Shown here piece after piece: positions 12,801 through 27,000 of a stretch of DNA of 64,000 nucleotides. This DNA comes from Ginglymostoma cirratum (lineage: Eukaryota). The notes beneath the pieces are model-generated. The model did no database searches and was not told where the DNA came from. It saw only the letters and a program-made list of their open reading frames with translations. Each line of letters begins with the position of its first letter. The stretch's first letter is position 1. Location of the stretch: NCBI GenBank assembly GCA_024137785.1, contig JAHRHZ010000270.1, positions 4,404,168 to 4,468,167 of the forward strand. The letters run 5' to 3'. The position numbers and the translations under genes were made by a program.

Positions 12801-15015
12801 TTGCATGGAATATCTTGTACAAACTTTAAGAACTTTCTGGGACCCACTGAGGGCTTAAAATGGCCACAACTCTTCCATTCCAATCTGATAGTTCCTGCCT
12901 CTGTCCCTAGTGCAATAAATATTCTGTCCCTGACTGCAAAGTGAAACTTTAGCACCAGTTCTACGCTCCTTTTTTGGGTTTGGTTTTTCTAAACTGCTGC
13001 ACTTCAGGTGGAGACTATCCAGAGATGTGCAGAAACTGCAGGTTTCTGCTTCTGTAACAGCTGAGATACCAACCTAATCTTTCAGGATCGTGTTTTCTGG
13101 ATTGACGAAGAAACTGAGGCAATCTATGGAGCCAACAAGTTCTCAGGAGCAGATGTTGAAACCCTTGTTTATAATCTCCAGCAACCACATGATATCTTGG
13201 TTTACCATGAACTGCTCCAGTTACCTGGTAAGACAAGCCATTGGATTTGCCCCCACAAAGCAATGTTTGGACTGAATTGTTGGTTTGCGCTAGTCTACTA
13301 CAAATTTTCTTGGGCAGTTTGTGCTAATGTTCAAGTTCACAACTTCACGTAGTTTTAGATGAAATTCCTTTCCAGTCAGTTCTGCAATCAGCTGAACAAT
13401 TTAAGGCAGTGACTCAACTTTCAATTTGGTTGAAACCTGTAGAGGCAGCTTGCCTCATCTGTAGCTGTTGGCTTTCTGGTCTTCTAATACAATGCCAGCA
13501 CTAGCAATACAAACACTCCAAGATGAGATTAGCCTGTTAATGTACATGGTTAAGTTAAAACCCACTAACTGCAGCTAATACTAGTCCTTCTCTAACCATT
13601 TTTTCCTTGCATCTGAACTCCCTGGATATGAATAGCCCAGCAGATGGTCTGAAATCCTGGTTCCTGATCCATATCAACACAATCTGAGGCTGAAGTATTC
13701 ACACTAGCATCACTCCATTTAGCTTGGTCAAGCATCCAAGACCTTAATGTTTCTGCCTTGTCTCATGTTTCAACTAACTGTGCTCCTCCTAGATACTACT
13801 ATATGCCTCAAAGTTTTTTGTTTAGCATTGCTTGACACTTCTCTCGTGCTCCCCAAATAAATGCTAACAATCAAACTACAAGAACATGTACATGTGGAGA
13901 CTTTTTCACTAACTGATGCTGAACATCAGTGTCTCAATTCAATCCAAGATTTTGTCCTACCAGAATGCAATTGTCTAACCAGTAAAGACTTGTTAAACTA
14001 ATTCTCAAACTTACCAATTACATAAAGATAACGGCAAGTGAAGAGCCTAGTAGTGAACTGCAATTTGGACTCTTGACCATAGGCTCCAAACTTTAATCAA
14101 AGTTAATAAATAGCTGTGCAATCTTATGCAAGACATTTGTTCAAAATTGTGCTCTGGTCATGTTTTACAAGCCCATATCCAGAACAGTTCCTATTGTCAA
14201 ATCTTTCTTGCAGGTAAGAACTGGTGCAATGACAGTGGAAGCTGTGAATACATGTGTCTTCCTGCTCCTCAGCATAAAGAATTCTCTCCCAAATATACAT
14301 GTGTCTGCCCACCTGGAATGAAACTAGAACATGGACAGAAGTGTGGAACAGGTATCAAACAATGTCTAAAGATTGAACTTCAATACAGAACCTCAATGAA
14401 TATTAGCCACCTCTGGCTAGGGGCCATTAACAGCAAACGTTTCCAGTCACTGAGTATAGATCTGTTCAAATAGAACTAACTTTAGCTTTGCCTGAGTAAT
14501 TCCTGACTTGAAAAAGTGAAGCTCCATGAGCACTCTTCAAATCAGTTTTTGACATGGAGTCCCTGCGTTTTGATTTAAATCTTTCCCTATTAAACTAGTC
14601 ATGTACTAGATGTTAAATCTTAACCATTTTTGCCTTCAGATTTCACAACCTGTGGTATCTATGAAATCCACTGTGGCCGTGGATCCCATGAGTGTATTCC
14701 TCTCTCCTGGAAGTGTGATGGTGAAAAAGACTGTACTAATGGCAGTGATGAGGAGAACTGTGGTAAATCAATTGTCTTCAACTAGTGGTTACATAACTAG
14801 CTTAGCTAATTCAAATATGATCATTAACATGATCAGCTCTTGCTGATCTAGTAAACTTTAGTCTAACAGTATACTATAACCACAGCAAGTGTTTGGCTTT
14901 AACTGTAAATATACAAGTAGTGGCCAACAATTCAAGCATGTAACTCTTCTACACTAGTGGGATTTGAGTATGATGTACCTTTTCCCCCCCCAGCAACTTT
15001 GACCTAGGACTCCAT

Positions 15016-15049
<34 letters not shown>

Positions 15050-18000
15050 GCCACTTGATCTAACAATATTACAAAGCAATTCATCTAGCTCACTGTTTTG
15101 GAACTCCTCACTATTCCTTCTGTAGTAGAACCCTTCTCTCTGGGAGCACTTACTCCAAATTAAGCCTATTTCAGATGCTTGTTTCACCTGTTTTGATGGA
15201 TAGAATTTATAAATTACAGCACATTCAAGTTTTTTTAAATCCAGAACAAACAAGGTGCTAGTTTAAAAAACCTCAGCCAGTCTGGCAGCATCTGAAGAAA
15301 ACAGTTAATGTATCATGTCCATGTCCAGTGACCCTCCTTCAGAATGGTTACCAGACCCAAACACTAACTTTTTTGGATGCTGCCACACCAGCTGAGCTCT
15401 TACAGCAACTTCTGTTTTCTAGCACTTATTTGAAGACTACTGACCACACCATCTAGAGACTTTTCTCAAATGTTGGTTAGCTGTAAACATCTTGTTACTG
15501 AAGTCCTCCTGAAGCAATACTATATACTCTCTTCCTCAGGCACCCTCACTTGTAGTGCATTAGAGTTTACTTGCTCCAGTGGCAGATGTGTTTCCAAATC
15601 CTTTGCTTGCAATGGTGAAGATGATTGTGGTGATGGAAGTGATGAGAAAGGATGTCCTAGAGCTACATGTGGCTCACATGAGTTCCAGTGCAACAACTTG
15701 GAGTGTATCCCTTCAAGCTGGGTGTGTGACAATAATATCGACTGTATAGACAAGTCTGATGAAGCAATGAAATTGTGTGGACATACTCCTGCACCTCTAA
15801 CGTGTTCTATCAATGAGATTCAGTGTAACTCAGGAGAATGCATCCACTCCCAGTGGCACTGTGATGGTGATGAGGATTGCAAGGATGGAAGTGATGAAAT
15901 GAGTTGTCGTAAGTAAACAATTTGCCCTTGCTCTTGATACCTGTTACTTTATCTGAACTTATTGATGCAGACTAATTATCATGGGATGTGGACTAGCTTC
16001 CTAGTTGTCAAGGCTGACTTGAAGCTTTTTATCTCAACCAAAAGTAACATCTATTGCTGAATTTTCTTTTTTCTGCACAAGCGCACAAAGTTAACCCAAG
16101 TGTTATCTTTTTAAGCCCCTCGCACTTGTCAGCCAGATGACTTCAGATGTGGTGATGGCTCTTGTATCCATGGAAGTGCAAAGTGTAATGGCTACAAGGA
16201 TTGCAATGATGGAAGTGATGAAGTAAATTGCAATGGTAAGAACAACGATATGAATTCAGTGACATAGCCAATGGCCTGTACTAGTGAAATGCATGGATGT
16301 GGAGGACAAACTGTTCTCTAGGCTGGATTACAAGTTGTTAAATGACTGACAATAGGAATTCAGTTTTTGCCATTAGTCCTGGAGTCTATGTACATGCTGT
16401 CACGCCAAAAAATGCCTGGCTTGCTGTGAATTTAATGAAGTAAGACCTGGTGGTGGGGGCCTCAAACACCATGTAGGGGATAAACTGAAGGGTTGACCAC
16501 TTGTTGCCCTGGTAACTTTGAAGAACTGGATGGTTGGTGAGGGTTTGAGTTAGCAAAGCTTTTCCTAGTAGGAAACTTATCTACTCTTAAAGGAAATGAG
16601 AATCCTGTAGGAACAAGGATAAAGACTACATTCTGCACAATGCAAGTATTAGATTGGGTCTGAGGCAGGAACAATTTGACATGATCAAATTACATCTCCC
16701 TGAAGAGAATAAGGAAGGTTTTTAGAGTACTAATCTAGTCTCCTTGGGCACTAAGCTTGGTGCCTCATTTGGCTGAGACATCTGTCAATGGTGCAGATGT
16801 GCCCACTAATATTAATGAAGACTGAATGATATTGCAAGTGTTTGCTGGGTATGAGCAGTATAGGAGTAGTTCATTCTCTTGGATTTGCCCATTTAACATT
16901 GGGATAATGGCTTAGACTAACTCCTGTTGTGAGGATACGATCCTTTAAGCAGTGTCTGACAAACTACCTAATACCACAACTTCTGTAATTTTTTAGCTGA
17001 GAACTAGCTCAATCAGCAAAACATTCCAGTAACTTGGTATGCAGTACACAATCACTGAAATGTGTATCTTCAGTATCAAGTGGCATCTTGACTTTGCTTT
17101 TCAGGTACAGAATGCCTTGTACCAACTGAATTCAAATGCCAAAGTGGTGAATGCATAAGTATTAACAAAGTATGTAACCACTGGCAAGATTGCAAGGATC
17201 GCAGTGATGAACCTCCTGAATGCAGTAAGTTGAAGTTTTATTGCTTTGACTAGAACAACTAAGCAGCATGCAAGTTCTATACTTACCTGCTTATCATTTT
17301 TAAAGGGATAACTTGTCAAAAAGTACTCATTAAACATAGCAAAATGAGTACACATTCCCACTAAATACAGGGAATTGGGCCCCTATGATACACCTGTACA
17401 ATAACAGGTACTAGATCTCAATGGTAGAGAAATGCCACAGGGCTGCCAACATCTAAAAAAGCAAAATTGATGGTGGGTTTTTGAAAGTATCATAGAATAA
17501 TTTGGATGTGGTTTTTGCACTTGATACCTAATTTGAGCAGACTTTTTGAGGAGCCAAAATTCTCAATTGAGTACAACTCAGGTACACTGCCACAGCTAAG
17601 AAAAGGATTTTAGTCCGACTTTACCCTACCACTTTAACTGGTTTGGTTTTTGAATTGAGAAAGTTGATTGACAGTAATAAAAATTAACTGGCACAAATTG
17701 GCCTATAGGCTATTGTTCTAAATGTCATGATGGAATTGGTTTTTCCCTGCTTTCTAAACCTGCCTCTTTAAATGGAGCAGATTTTGTGCCTGTAACCACA
17801 ATATCTCAGCCACTAATGGTAGTCAGTGGCTTTTTTCACTTTCTCCTAGCCACTAAGTTTTTAACTCTAACAGATCAGAATGAATGCCAAGTGAACAATG
17901 GTGGCTGCATGCATACCTGCCAGGATCTTGTTATTGGCTACAAGTGTGGATGTGCTCCTGGCTTTGAGCTGGTTGATGACAAAAACTGTGGAGGTAACTA

Positions 18001-21000
18001 CTCTACTATTTTTTTTTGGGTTTATTTCTAGCTTTAAGAGCTTTAGGACTAAAATGTTTCACTCTTTGACAGATATTGATGAATGCCAAAGTCCTGGGAC
18101 TTGCAGCCAAATTTGTACTAACACCATAGGGAGTTATAAATGTGCATGTCACAAAGAATACTATATGGATCCAGTGACGAGAGTTTGCAAGGCAGTAGGT
18201 AAGTAGGAACAATGCTCAATACCCTATGTTGTTGTAATCTCTCAGTTCCAAATCTTAGTAATTCCTACAGTTTACAACCCACTTTAAGAACTTTCACTTG
18301 CCACTGCTGTTGAAACTTTCTCCTTAGTGGCCAAACAGAAGTTGGAAAAACCCTTTCTAAAAAAAGGCGTTTGTTTTAGAACAGAACATAGAACAATACA
18401 GTGCAGAACAGGCCCTTCGGCCCTCGGTTGTTGTGCCGACCTGTTAACTAATCTAAGCCCATCCCTCTACACTATCCCATCATCCATATCCTTATCCAAG
18501 GACAGTTTAAAAGCCCCTAATGTGGCTGAGTTAACTACATTGGCAGGCAGGGCATTCCACACCCTTACCACTGAGTAAAGAACCTGCCTCTGACATCTGC
18601 CTTAAATCTATGCCCCCTCGTACTAGCCAACGTCATCCTAGGGAAAAAGGCTCTCACTGTCCACCCTATCTAATCCTCTGATCATTTTGTATGTCTCTAT
18701 TAAATCCCCTCTTAGCCTTCTTCTCTCCAATGAGAACAGACCCAAGTCCCTCAGCCTTTCCTCATAAGACCTTCGCTCCAGACCAGGCAACATCCTGGTA
18801 AATCTCCTCTGCACCTTTTCCAATGCTTCCACATCCTTCCTGTAATGGGGCGACCAGAACTGTATGCAATATTCCAAGTGAGGCCACGCAGCGTTTTGTA
18901 CAGTTGCAGCATGACGTCACAGCTCCGGAACTCAATCGCTCTACCAATGAAACCCAACACACCGTATGCCTTCTTAACAGCACTATCAACCTGGGTGGCA
19001 ACTTTCAGGGATCTATGTACCTGGACAGCAAGATCCCTCTGCACATCCACACTACCAAGAATCTTTCCATTGACCCAGTATTCTGCCTTCTTATTATTCT
19101 TCCCAAAGTGAATCACCTCACATTTATCTGCATTGAACTCCATTTGCCACCTTTCAGCCCAATTCTGCAGTTTATCCAAGTCTCCCTGCAACATTCTTCC
19201 ACACTGTCCACCACTCCACCGACTTTAGTGTCATCTTTTTGTGGTGTGGGTTTACTCCTGTCAATGATGTTTTGTATTGGACCAGCTTCACTGCTGTAAT
19301 CAACGCAGTATGATATCATCAACTGGTTTCTGTTCCTCTGTAGAACTTGTGCCTACAAATAATGCATTTGGGAATAGTTGCCCCTGAACACTTCCTAGAA
19401 CTGGGTTGTATGCCCAGTTACTTTATCCTAACCTAGTGACTCAGATTAGATCATGACAATGTTTGTTTGAATTAGCCTGAGCCAGAAGGTTGTTCAACCT
19501 CTTAGCATTCTTGATCAGCCACTTGCTTCATTGCATTGTCTTGAACTTTCAGCAAAATTCACCTAAAACAAGCAGCTAAAGTAAACTTTTTTGTTTTCCT
19601 GTTCTTCCTCAAAATAGGAAAAGAACCTTATTTGGTTTTTACCAATCACCATGATATCCGCAAAGTGGGATTGCGCCAAATGGAATACACCCAAGTAGTT
19701 TGGAAGCTGAGAAATGCTGTGGCAATTGATGCTGATGTTGCAGCAAAAAGGATCTTCTGGGCTGATCTGGCACAGCAAGCCATCTTCAGGTAAGCACTTT
19801 CACAAAGCTGTAACCTTTCCTAATGCTGCTTGAGATGGTCACTATACAGAGCCCTGATTTGCCTTCAGGTACAATGGTAGAAGTTGTAAAATTCTCTAGA
19901 GCATGGCTTCTGGGAGTCGATGGTTTTCTATATGCCTGGGTAATCCTAAGGCTTGCCATTTAACTAACTTAGGCCCTTGCTTCATTACTACCAAAGTAAC
20001 TAGGTAATCAGCCAGCGTCAATTACAAGACCCTGTGCACTTTTTTCAGGCAGCATGCAAGAAGTTTACAATTGGTTAAAAACTTTGAATTCAACTCTATC
20101 TTGTCTCAATTGCCCCAGTTAAATTTCCTCCTTTAGCATAATCACTCATGATGCCAAACAGATTTTTGATGCCTGAAGCAACCTACATAACTAGGCTTGG
20201 TGATACTTCTGGCATCCCAATTTGTGGGTTTTTGGCATTACAAAGCACCATATGCTGCAGTTCTGCTATTGGGTAGTCCAGGCTATGAATATTGAGACTT
20301 CTCTGAATTGATAGCAACCAGATTAACACACTGATAATGCATACTTGCACTAATGTATCAAATTTGGTTTTTAAACTTTTTCTGAAGCATTGCCTGTAAT
20401 AAGCCAAACTTGGGTTCTAAAAAACTTCTCAATACCAGATTTTTTACTCAGTGAGGCACTCATGGCTGAATGCTCAAGATTAGGTCACTGGCCACCAGAT
20501 GATCAAAAATGATTTGAGCTATACACTCCATTTTTAGATAAGAATTTCTGACTTTCTTATGGCTGTAGAAAGTTCAAACCTTGGCACATCTAATGACTTT
20601 GATCCCTGCAAATGAAGTAGTTGCATTAGTTTTGTTTTAAACATTGCAGTCTGAAAGAGTCCTGATTTATCTCTTCTAGTGTGTCCATGGATAAGCATGA
20701 AAACATGAATAAATCCAATATTGCCAAAGATCTTGGGAAGCCTGTGGGAATTGCTGTGGACTGGATCTACAAACACATCTATTGGACAGATTGTGGCACT
20801 AAAACCATATCTGTTGCTAACTATGATGGAAGCAAGAGGAAAATCCTTTTTGATACTGACTTGATGGAACCAGCTTCAGTAGCTGTCAACCCATTATCTG
20901 GGTATGAGACCTTAACTTGAGGTTGCACATTGAGGGGCTTAGTGGTTTTGGGTGGGAAAAAAAAGGCATTCATGACTTTGAGCACTTCCTTGCTTTTGGA

Positions 21001-24000
21001 CTGTCTTTCAAGAACATGTGACTTAAATCATTGCTAGTTGTAGATTCTTAGCACTTCCAAATTTCAATATAGTCTCTTGGCACTAGCACTGAATGTCAAA
21101 CCTGACAACAGGATCACCCAACTTCAGTTGTCATGTTTAATTATAGCACTCTCAGAAATGCAATCCTTAATTGGGACATGCCAAAAAACACTTGCTGCTT
21201 ACAATATGACTTCTTGTTTGTCTTCTAGTTATCTCTACTGGTCAGATTGGGGTGAGCCAGCAAAGATTGAAAAAGCAGGAATGAATGGCAATGACCGTAA
21301 TGTTCTTGTGGCTACTGATATTCAGTGGCCACATGGCATTGCTCTTGGTAAGTGTACTCTTTCTCTTATTTTCACTAGAGAAAGCAGCATCTTCTAGTTT
21401 AACAATCCATCCTTCTCTACAGATCTGGTGAGAAGCCGGCTGTATTGGGTTGACTTAAAGCTGCACATGTTATCAAGTGTAGACTTGAATGGCCAAGACA
21501 GAAGAACTATACTGCAGTCAAGAGAATTCTTCCCTCACCCTCTTGGAATCAGTATATTTGAGGTAAGTTGACTTGTTTTTTAGCAGTCCTAATGGACTTG
21601 ACTCATTGCCAGCTTTGTTTTCAATCACCACAAATCCAGCACTGGAGAGCAAGCTACTGTATCACTAAGTGACTGGTCAGAGGGTGACCATTACTAGCAA
21701 CAGTAGCTGTTCAATGTCACTTGTCTTCCCACTAATGCTTTCTAAGCTTTAAGAAACCGACTAAACTATTTTGATGGGCTTTTTTCCAGCCCAAGTCTGC
21801 ATAAGCATTAGATGTCCCATGTCAGCTGCCTTTTTTCCACTGTTTGGTTCCATTCCAGCCTTGATAGAAAGGCAGTCACCATTCACCAGCCCTAGAACTA
21901 GAACACTTAATCTCTCTTGCACTTCATCTATCCTCTAACTTGCTCTACTAGATAGCTTTGTATGGCTCCATTTTAGCTTGTTCTCATTGCCCACCATCCT
22001 CCAGCCTTCAATTGTTGACCCCTTTTCTGTTTCCGTATGACCCCCTGAAGCATGATCGTGTTGATTCTCAGCTTTTTAAGACTTGGTAGGAAATTGCCTT
22101 TCTCTCTTTTCATGCTACAATAGCTTTAAGCACAAAAAATGAAGCTTGGCTTCTTACCTTCATATCAATGACCAATTGTGTTGATTGACTATAAAGCCCT
22201 GACCCTAGCATGAGGCTGGAAACAGCACAAAGGGTGTGACATGATAAACTACTTTTGGCAAGCAATCTGGACAAGAGACTGAGCAATGTAGCAATAGTTC
22301 AGAAGATAGCTATATCTTCCAAGCTGACTTGTTTTTGCCTGCACTCAGTGACAGGTTGCATTTCATTGACAGATGAAGTTGTGCAACAGCTTGTGAACAA
22401 ATAGTTGTTGCAAATACAAGCAACTTGAGTAGCAAGTAACTACATAACTTGTAACTTTCCATGACTTCTGATCTCTCTTTAGGATCGTGTGTTCTGGGTC
22501 GATGGAGAAAATAAAGCTTTATATGGAGCCAACAAATTTACAGGTTCCGATATAGAGCTTTTAGCTGCCAATCTGACTGAACCTTCAGACATCATTGTTT
22601 ATCACAAGCTAACTCAGCCAGCAGGTGAGAATCTAATGGTGGCTGGTCATTCTGCTAAATGTTTGAATCTAATGTCAGTGGGGAGGAAGGAAGAAATGGT
22701 GTAACAACAAGTTTCCTGTAACTGGTCAATCAGGGAAACATCTTACCAAGACTTAGACCCTCTGCACCAACACCTTTTTCACTCTTCAAACCCTGCAGTA
22801 TTTTTCACTTCACTTGAAAGCAACTCTTCAGGAAATGTTATCCTATGTTCAAATAACCTTGCTGCAAAGGGTAGAATGAAATGAAAATCTTGTTTTGGGG
22901 CCATGTCCTAGATCTTGATCTGAAATACCAACAAGCCATCAGTGTTTAACTTTTGAGCAGGTGCTGTATATGCTGGCCTACAAGACTTGTATCTCCAGTT
23001 AAAACGAAGTGATTTCTACAGTTTCAAGATGGATTACTTGGCCATCTTTTTGGTCTGTAAGCTGCAGGGAAAAACTTGAAGGCCTCCTGGGGGGGGGGTG
23101 GCAAGATATCAACTGTCTTGGCCTATATAGTCACTACCTCTTCAGGAAGAAGGATTCCTAGGTGTAGATCTGTGGCTTTTCAAAAAAGTGCAAAACTTAT
23201 GCAATTTACAACATCCAGTCCTAATGTGTAAATGTTTTTATACACTAAGGTGTTTTCACCTTCAGGTGTTGGTCCATATTCACTACAACTTGCTAATTCT
23301 CCACTCTCTGGCTGTGTTTCAAGGCTCTTTCTTGTCCGTTCTCTTCCCCACCCGTAAACCCTCAAGTTTAGCTATAGAACTTGATATGTCAGCATGTCCA
23401 GAAACTCTACCTGTACACCAACTCCCAGTTCCCTAATGTCGGAACTCTTCCACCATTTTCCTCTGGCCCTTGTGTGGTCAGTGTCTTCTCTAGAAAGAAG
23501 CATCCAGAGGATCTCTGCTCTCTCTTCTTCTAGCCTCTAGTATGGTTCAAAAGTCACTGCAAAGTAACTCAATCACCATCTTATGTATTTTAAAAATCCA
23601 AAGAGTCACCATGGCCTCCAGATAAGGAGAGGCTGAGGACAGTGTTCATAGTAACCTTCTCAATATGGAAGCTGACTTTGTTAGAATCAAAACTAGTATT
23701 TCTGCTAACTGACCACTTTTCCCAATGAAGTAGATCAGCACTTTAGACACTGGTTAACCAATCCTACTATATTCCATCTAATTCAGACATCTGAAGTCTC
23801 TGGCCCTAGTTAGAGTTGGGCATTCAGATTTCTGATACTAGACAATTACCTAAACTTCAACTTCCAGGCCAATTCTTGGAGTTGTCTGCAAGTCCCAACA
23901 CTACTCCTCCTGATTTAAGCAGCACTTGCTAATTCCCCATCAACATCTGAGCCAGTAAGTAACTGAAAAGCTTGTTTGGAGGGTTGTCTCCCATGTGGCT

Positions 24001-27000
24001 TTGTAAAAGTGCTGCCCTCACTTATTAGTAACTTCAGTCTAGATTTAACTTTGCAACTTAGTTGGCTGTCTTTAAAATACCAGTTTGTGTTCAAACCTTC
24101 TTTTTGGGGTTAGAAATGATCACCTTCCCTATACTGTCAGGAACTCCAGATTCAAACTGACATCTGTTTCCACAGGCAAAAACTGGTGTGCTGAGAATCT
24201 GAAGACCAGAAGCTGTGATTACATGTGTCTGCCAACTCCTCAGACCAGCAGTTATGGTCCAAGATACACTTGTGTCTGTCCATCTGGGATGAAGCTCCAG
24301 AAAGATGGATGGCATTGTGAAATGGGTATGTGGGTGAACACGTGTTGCAAACTTGATTCAATGGGTAACCCACTTTTAGTCTAGAACCAACTGTAAATTG
24401 AGCAGTAAGCATTCCTTGTAAAACAAGGCAAGCATTTACATAACCCCTGAATTTGAATAAAATTGCCTACTGCTCTGGGAAGAGCAAGTGCTCTAAATTG
24501 GAGCAATCTTTGGCACTTTAATAATTTTCAGAGGCTAATGAAACTAAACATCCATAGCTTTTGGGAGGGGGGAAAACAAGGGCTTGACACTACTTTACTT
24601 TCCATTTCTTCCTTGATCTTTGGATTTTAAAATGGGCATCTTGTCTTATTTAGGCACACTGTACAATTCTGAAACAGAATTTCCTTCAGGATGAAGATTT
24701 GAGTAAAACACAATGCTGACTTAATTTTTTCCTAGCTGCAACCTGTGGAACATCTGACTTTATGTGTAACAACAGACAATGCATAGCCAGTAGGTGGCTG
24801 TGTGATGGTAAAGCTGACTGCGAAGATGGATCTGATGAGCTAACAGAAGTCTGTCGTAAGTTTGTTTTTACCCATGTGGGGGTATCTGTCTCGGAGGTTT
24901 ATGTTGGTGGCTTTTCAGCTTTCTTAGAAGCTAAACAAAAACATTTCTAGAATTACTAAGTAGGTCTAGCAGCATCTGGAGATAAATTAGCTAACCTTGG
25001 GTCCAGTGACACTTCCTCAAACCTAGAATTCAAGTTCAAACTCCAATTTTTGGATTTGCCTGTCCTAGCTGACATTTTTCAGCTATGCAAATGTTTACTA
25101 ATAAGAAACTTTCATACTTTTCAAGTCACTTTCCTCCTAACTGTAGCTAGTAATTGGCTCCAAGACAGATTATAAAAGTACTGCTTTCAAACGAAGCAAA
25201 ACAATTGTTTAAAAGCATACTTCAGTACAGTGTTCCAGACATGGGTTTTAAGCATTGGCTGGGATTACAGAAATGGCAGTGTAGTGCCCAAATGTTTCTT
25301 CCAACAGAAGCTTGAAGACCTCTGCAACACGTCAAATTCTGTTGGTACTGTCTCAAGCCAAACAATACAATCAGTTAAGACTTTCTATTAATCTTGTCCA
25401 ATTCCTGGAGGCAAGTAGGACTGTATGCAATAAGTGAAAGACTAAATTAGTGGAATGATTGCCTAACAAAAAGCATCACTTGAGACACTTGTTGCTTTGG
25501 TTTTTTAGGTAGCAGAATTATTGAACTAATTTGGCTTTTCTAGCCTATCCTAAATACAGGAGTCTCAATGACTAGATTTTGCTAACTATTTACTGGATTG
25601 TCAACCAGTTTGCACCAAGCCTTGCTAAACACCTTGCCTGTTGACTTTGCAAATCTGAAGTCCACAAACCCAGACTAATCAGTCAATCATAGTGGAGATG
25701 ACACTCTTGGGTCCTACCAGTCTCATCTGGCTATTTCACACCTATCCTTCCAAGTAATATTTATGAACTAGTCCAAATATCTTAAACATAACTACTTGTT
25801 CGTTCTACATGAGCCACTTTTTTCTCCTAAAGCTCCATGCTTGAATGCAGCCTGTCTCATGGCAGTTGAGTTGCATGGGCATAGCAGTCATCACTATCCA
25901 GCCTTTATGAAGACAGGAGGTTGTCATATTCCTCCAAGAACCTAGACGTAGCAAAGCTAAGTATTGTTTCAAGCCACTTGCAGTTGTATGCACTTTCAAA
26001 TGAAGCTTTTTAATGCTGCTAAATCTTTGTCCATACAGCTTTTTGTGCCACATCTTTAACTTGTATTGAGTTTTCATGGTCTTGGCACTTTTTTGGATTT
26101 CAGATGAAATAACCTGTCTTGGCCATGAGGTCAGCTGTGGCCTGGGGTCACTTCAATGTATTCCTGTTGCTTGGAGATGTGATGGTGAAAAGGACTGTAG
26201 TAATGGTGGTGATGAAGTTGGCTGTGGTAAGTTGGTCTGTGATTTCCCTGAAGTGGAGTAAATGCCTCTTAAAATTCAGTTTAAATTTCTAATTTCCGAC
26301 TGTCAGTTTATGGCCTAATGAGCACAGAACTGACAGTTGCTGCAGGTCAACTAACCTCCGTGCAATGGAAACACTTCCAGAATGGCATTGCCATCTAAGC
26401 TTTAACTGGTTTGGCTTAACATGGGCTGATGCCAGATGAAGCATAGACTCTTCTTTTTCTTAAAAACTGACTTGTGCCATGTAGCCACATCAGGTAAATC
26501 AGACTTCAAGTCAAAAAGCAATATACTACAATTGTTTTCACCTCACCCCTGCTCTCCCCACATGTTCAGTTGCGTACACCTTCACTAACAAATACCACAG
26601 CTTCAAGCTTTCTGCCTTGGGTTATAGATCAGTCAATCTAGACTTCATTGTATCTGGTATTTTGAAGTGCTAACTCTAGAGATGATAGTTACACATGACC
26701 AGTTTTCCTCCTGGTGTATTTCACTGTACTAGAATACTGACCAGGCCATCTACTGAAATTTTCCATTCTTTTGAAGAATTAATGCACAACTTAATTTCAT
26801 CCCTTCAAAAACCAAGAGAGCCAGTTTCAGTTCAGGCTCCATATTAGCCCAAAGAACTACACCAATCTTAAACTGAATCGGAAGCCCCAGTAATGTATAC
26901 AACCTGAGGTTCACAAGTGTAGAACCCACCTGCAGTGCTTAAGCTTACTACACAACGATTGCTATATCAAATCTTGTGCTGATGTAGGTTCTTGGCCCAC

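Noticed and set aside
14352-24735. Three separate tandem VLDLR genes, or a mis-assembly
   Set aside because: Only one signal-peptide exon and one TM/tail; junction introns are short and phase-compatible; modules are clearly diverged with dissimilar introns
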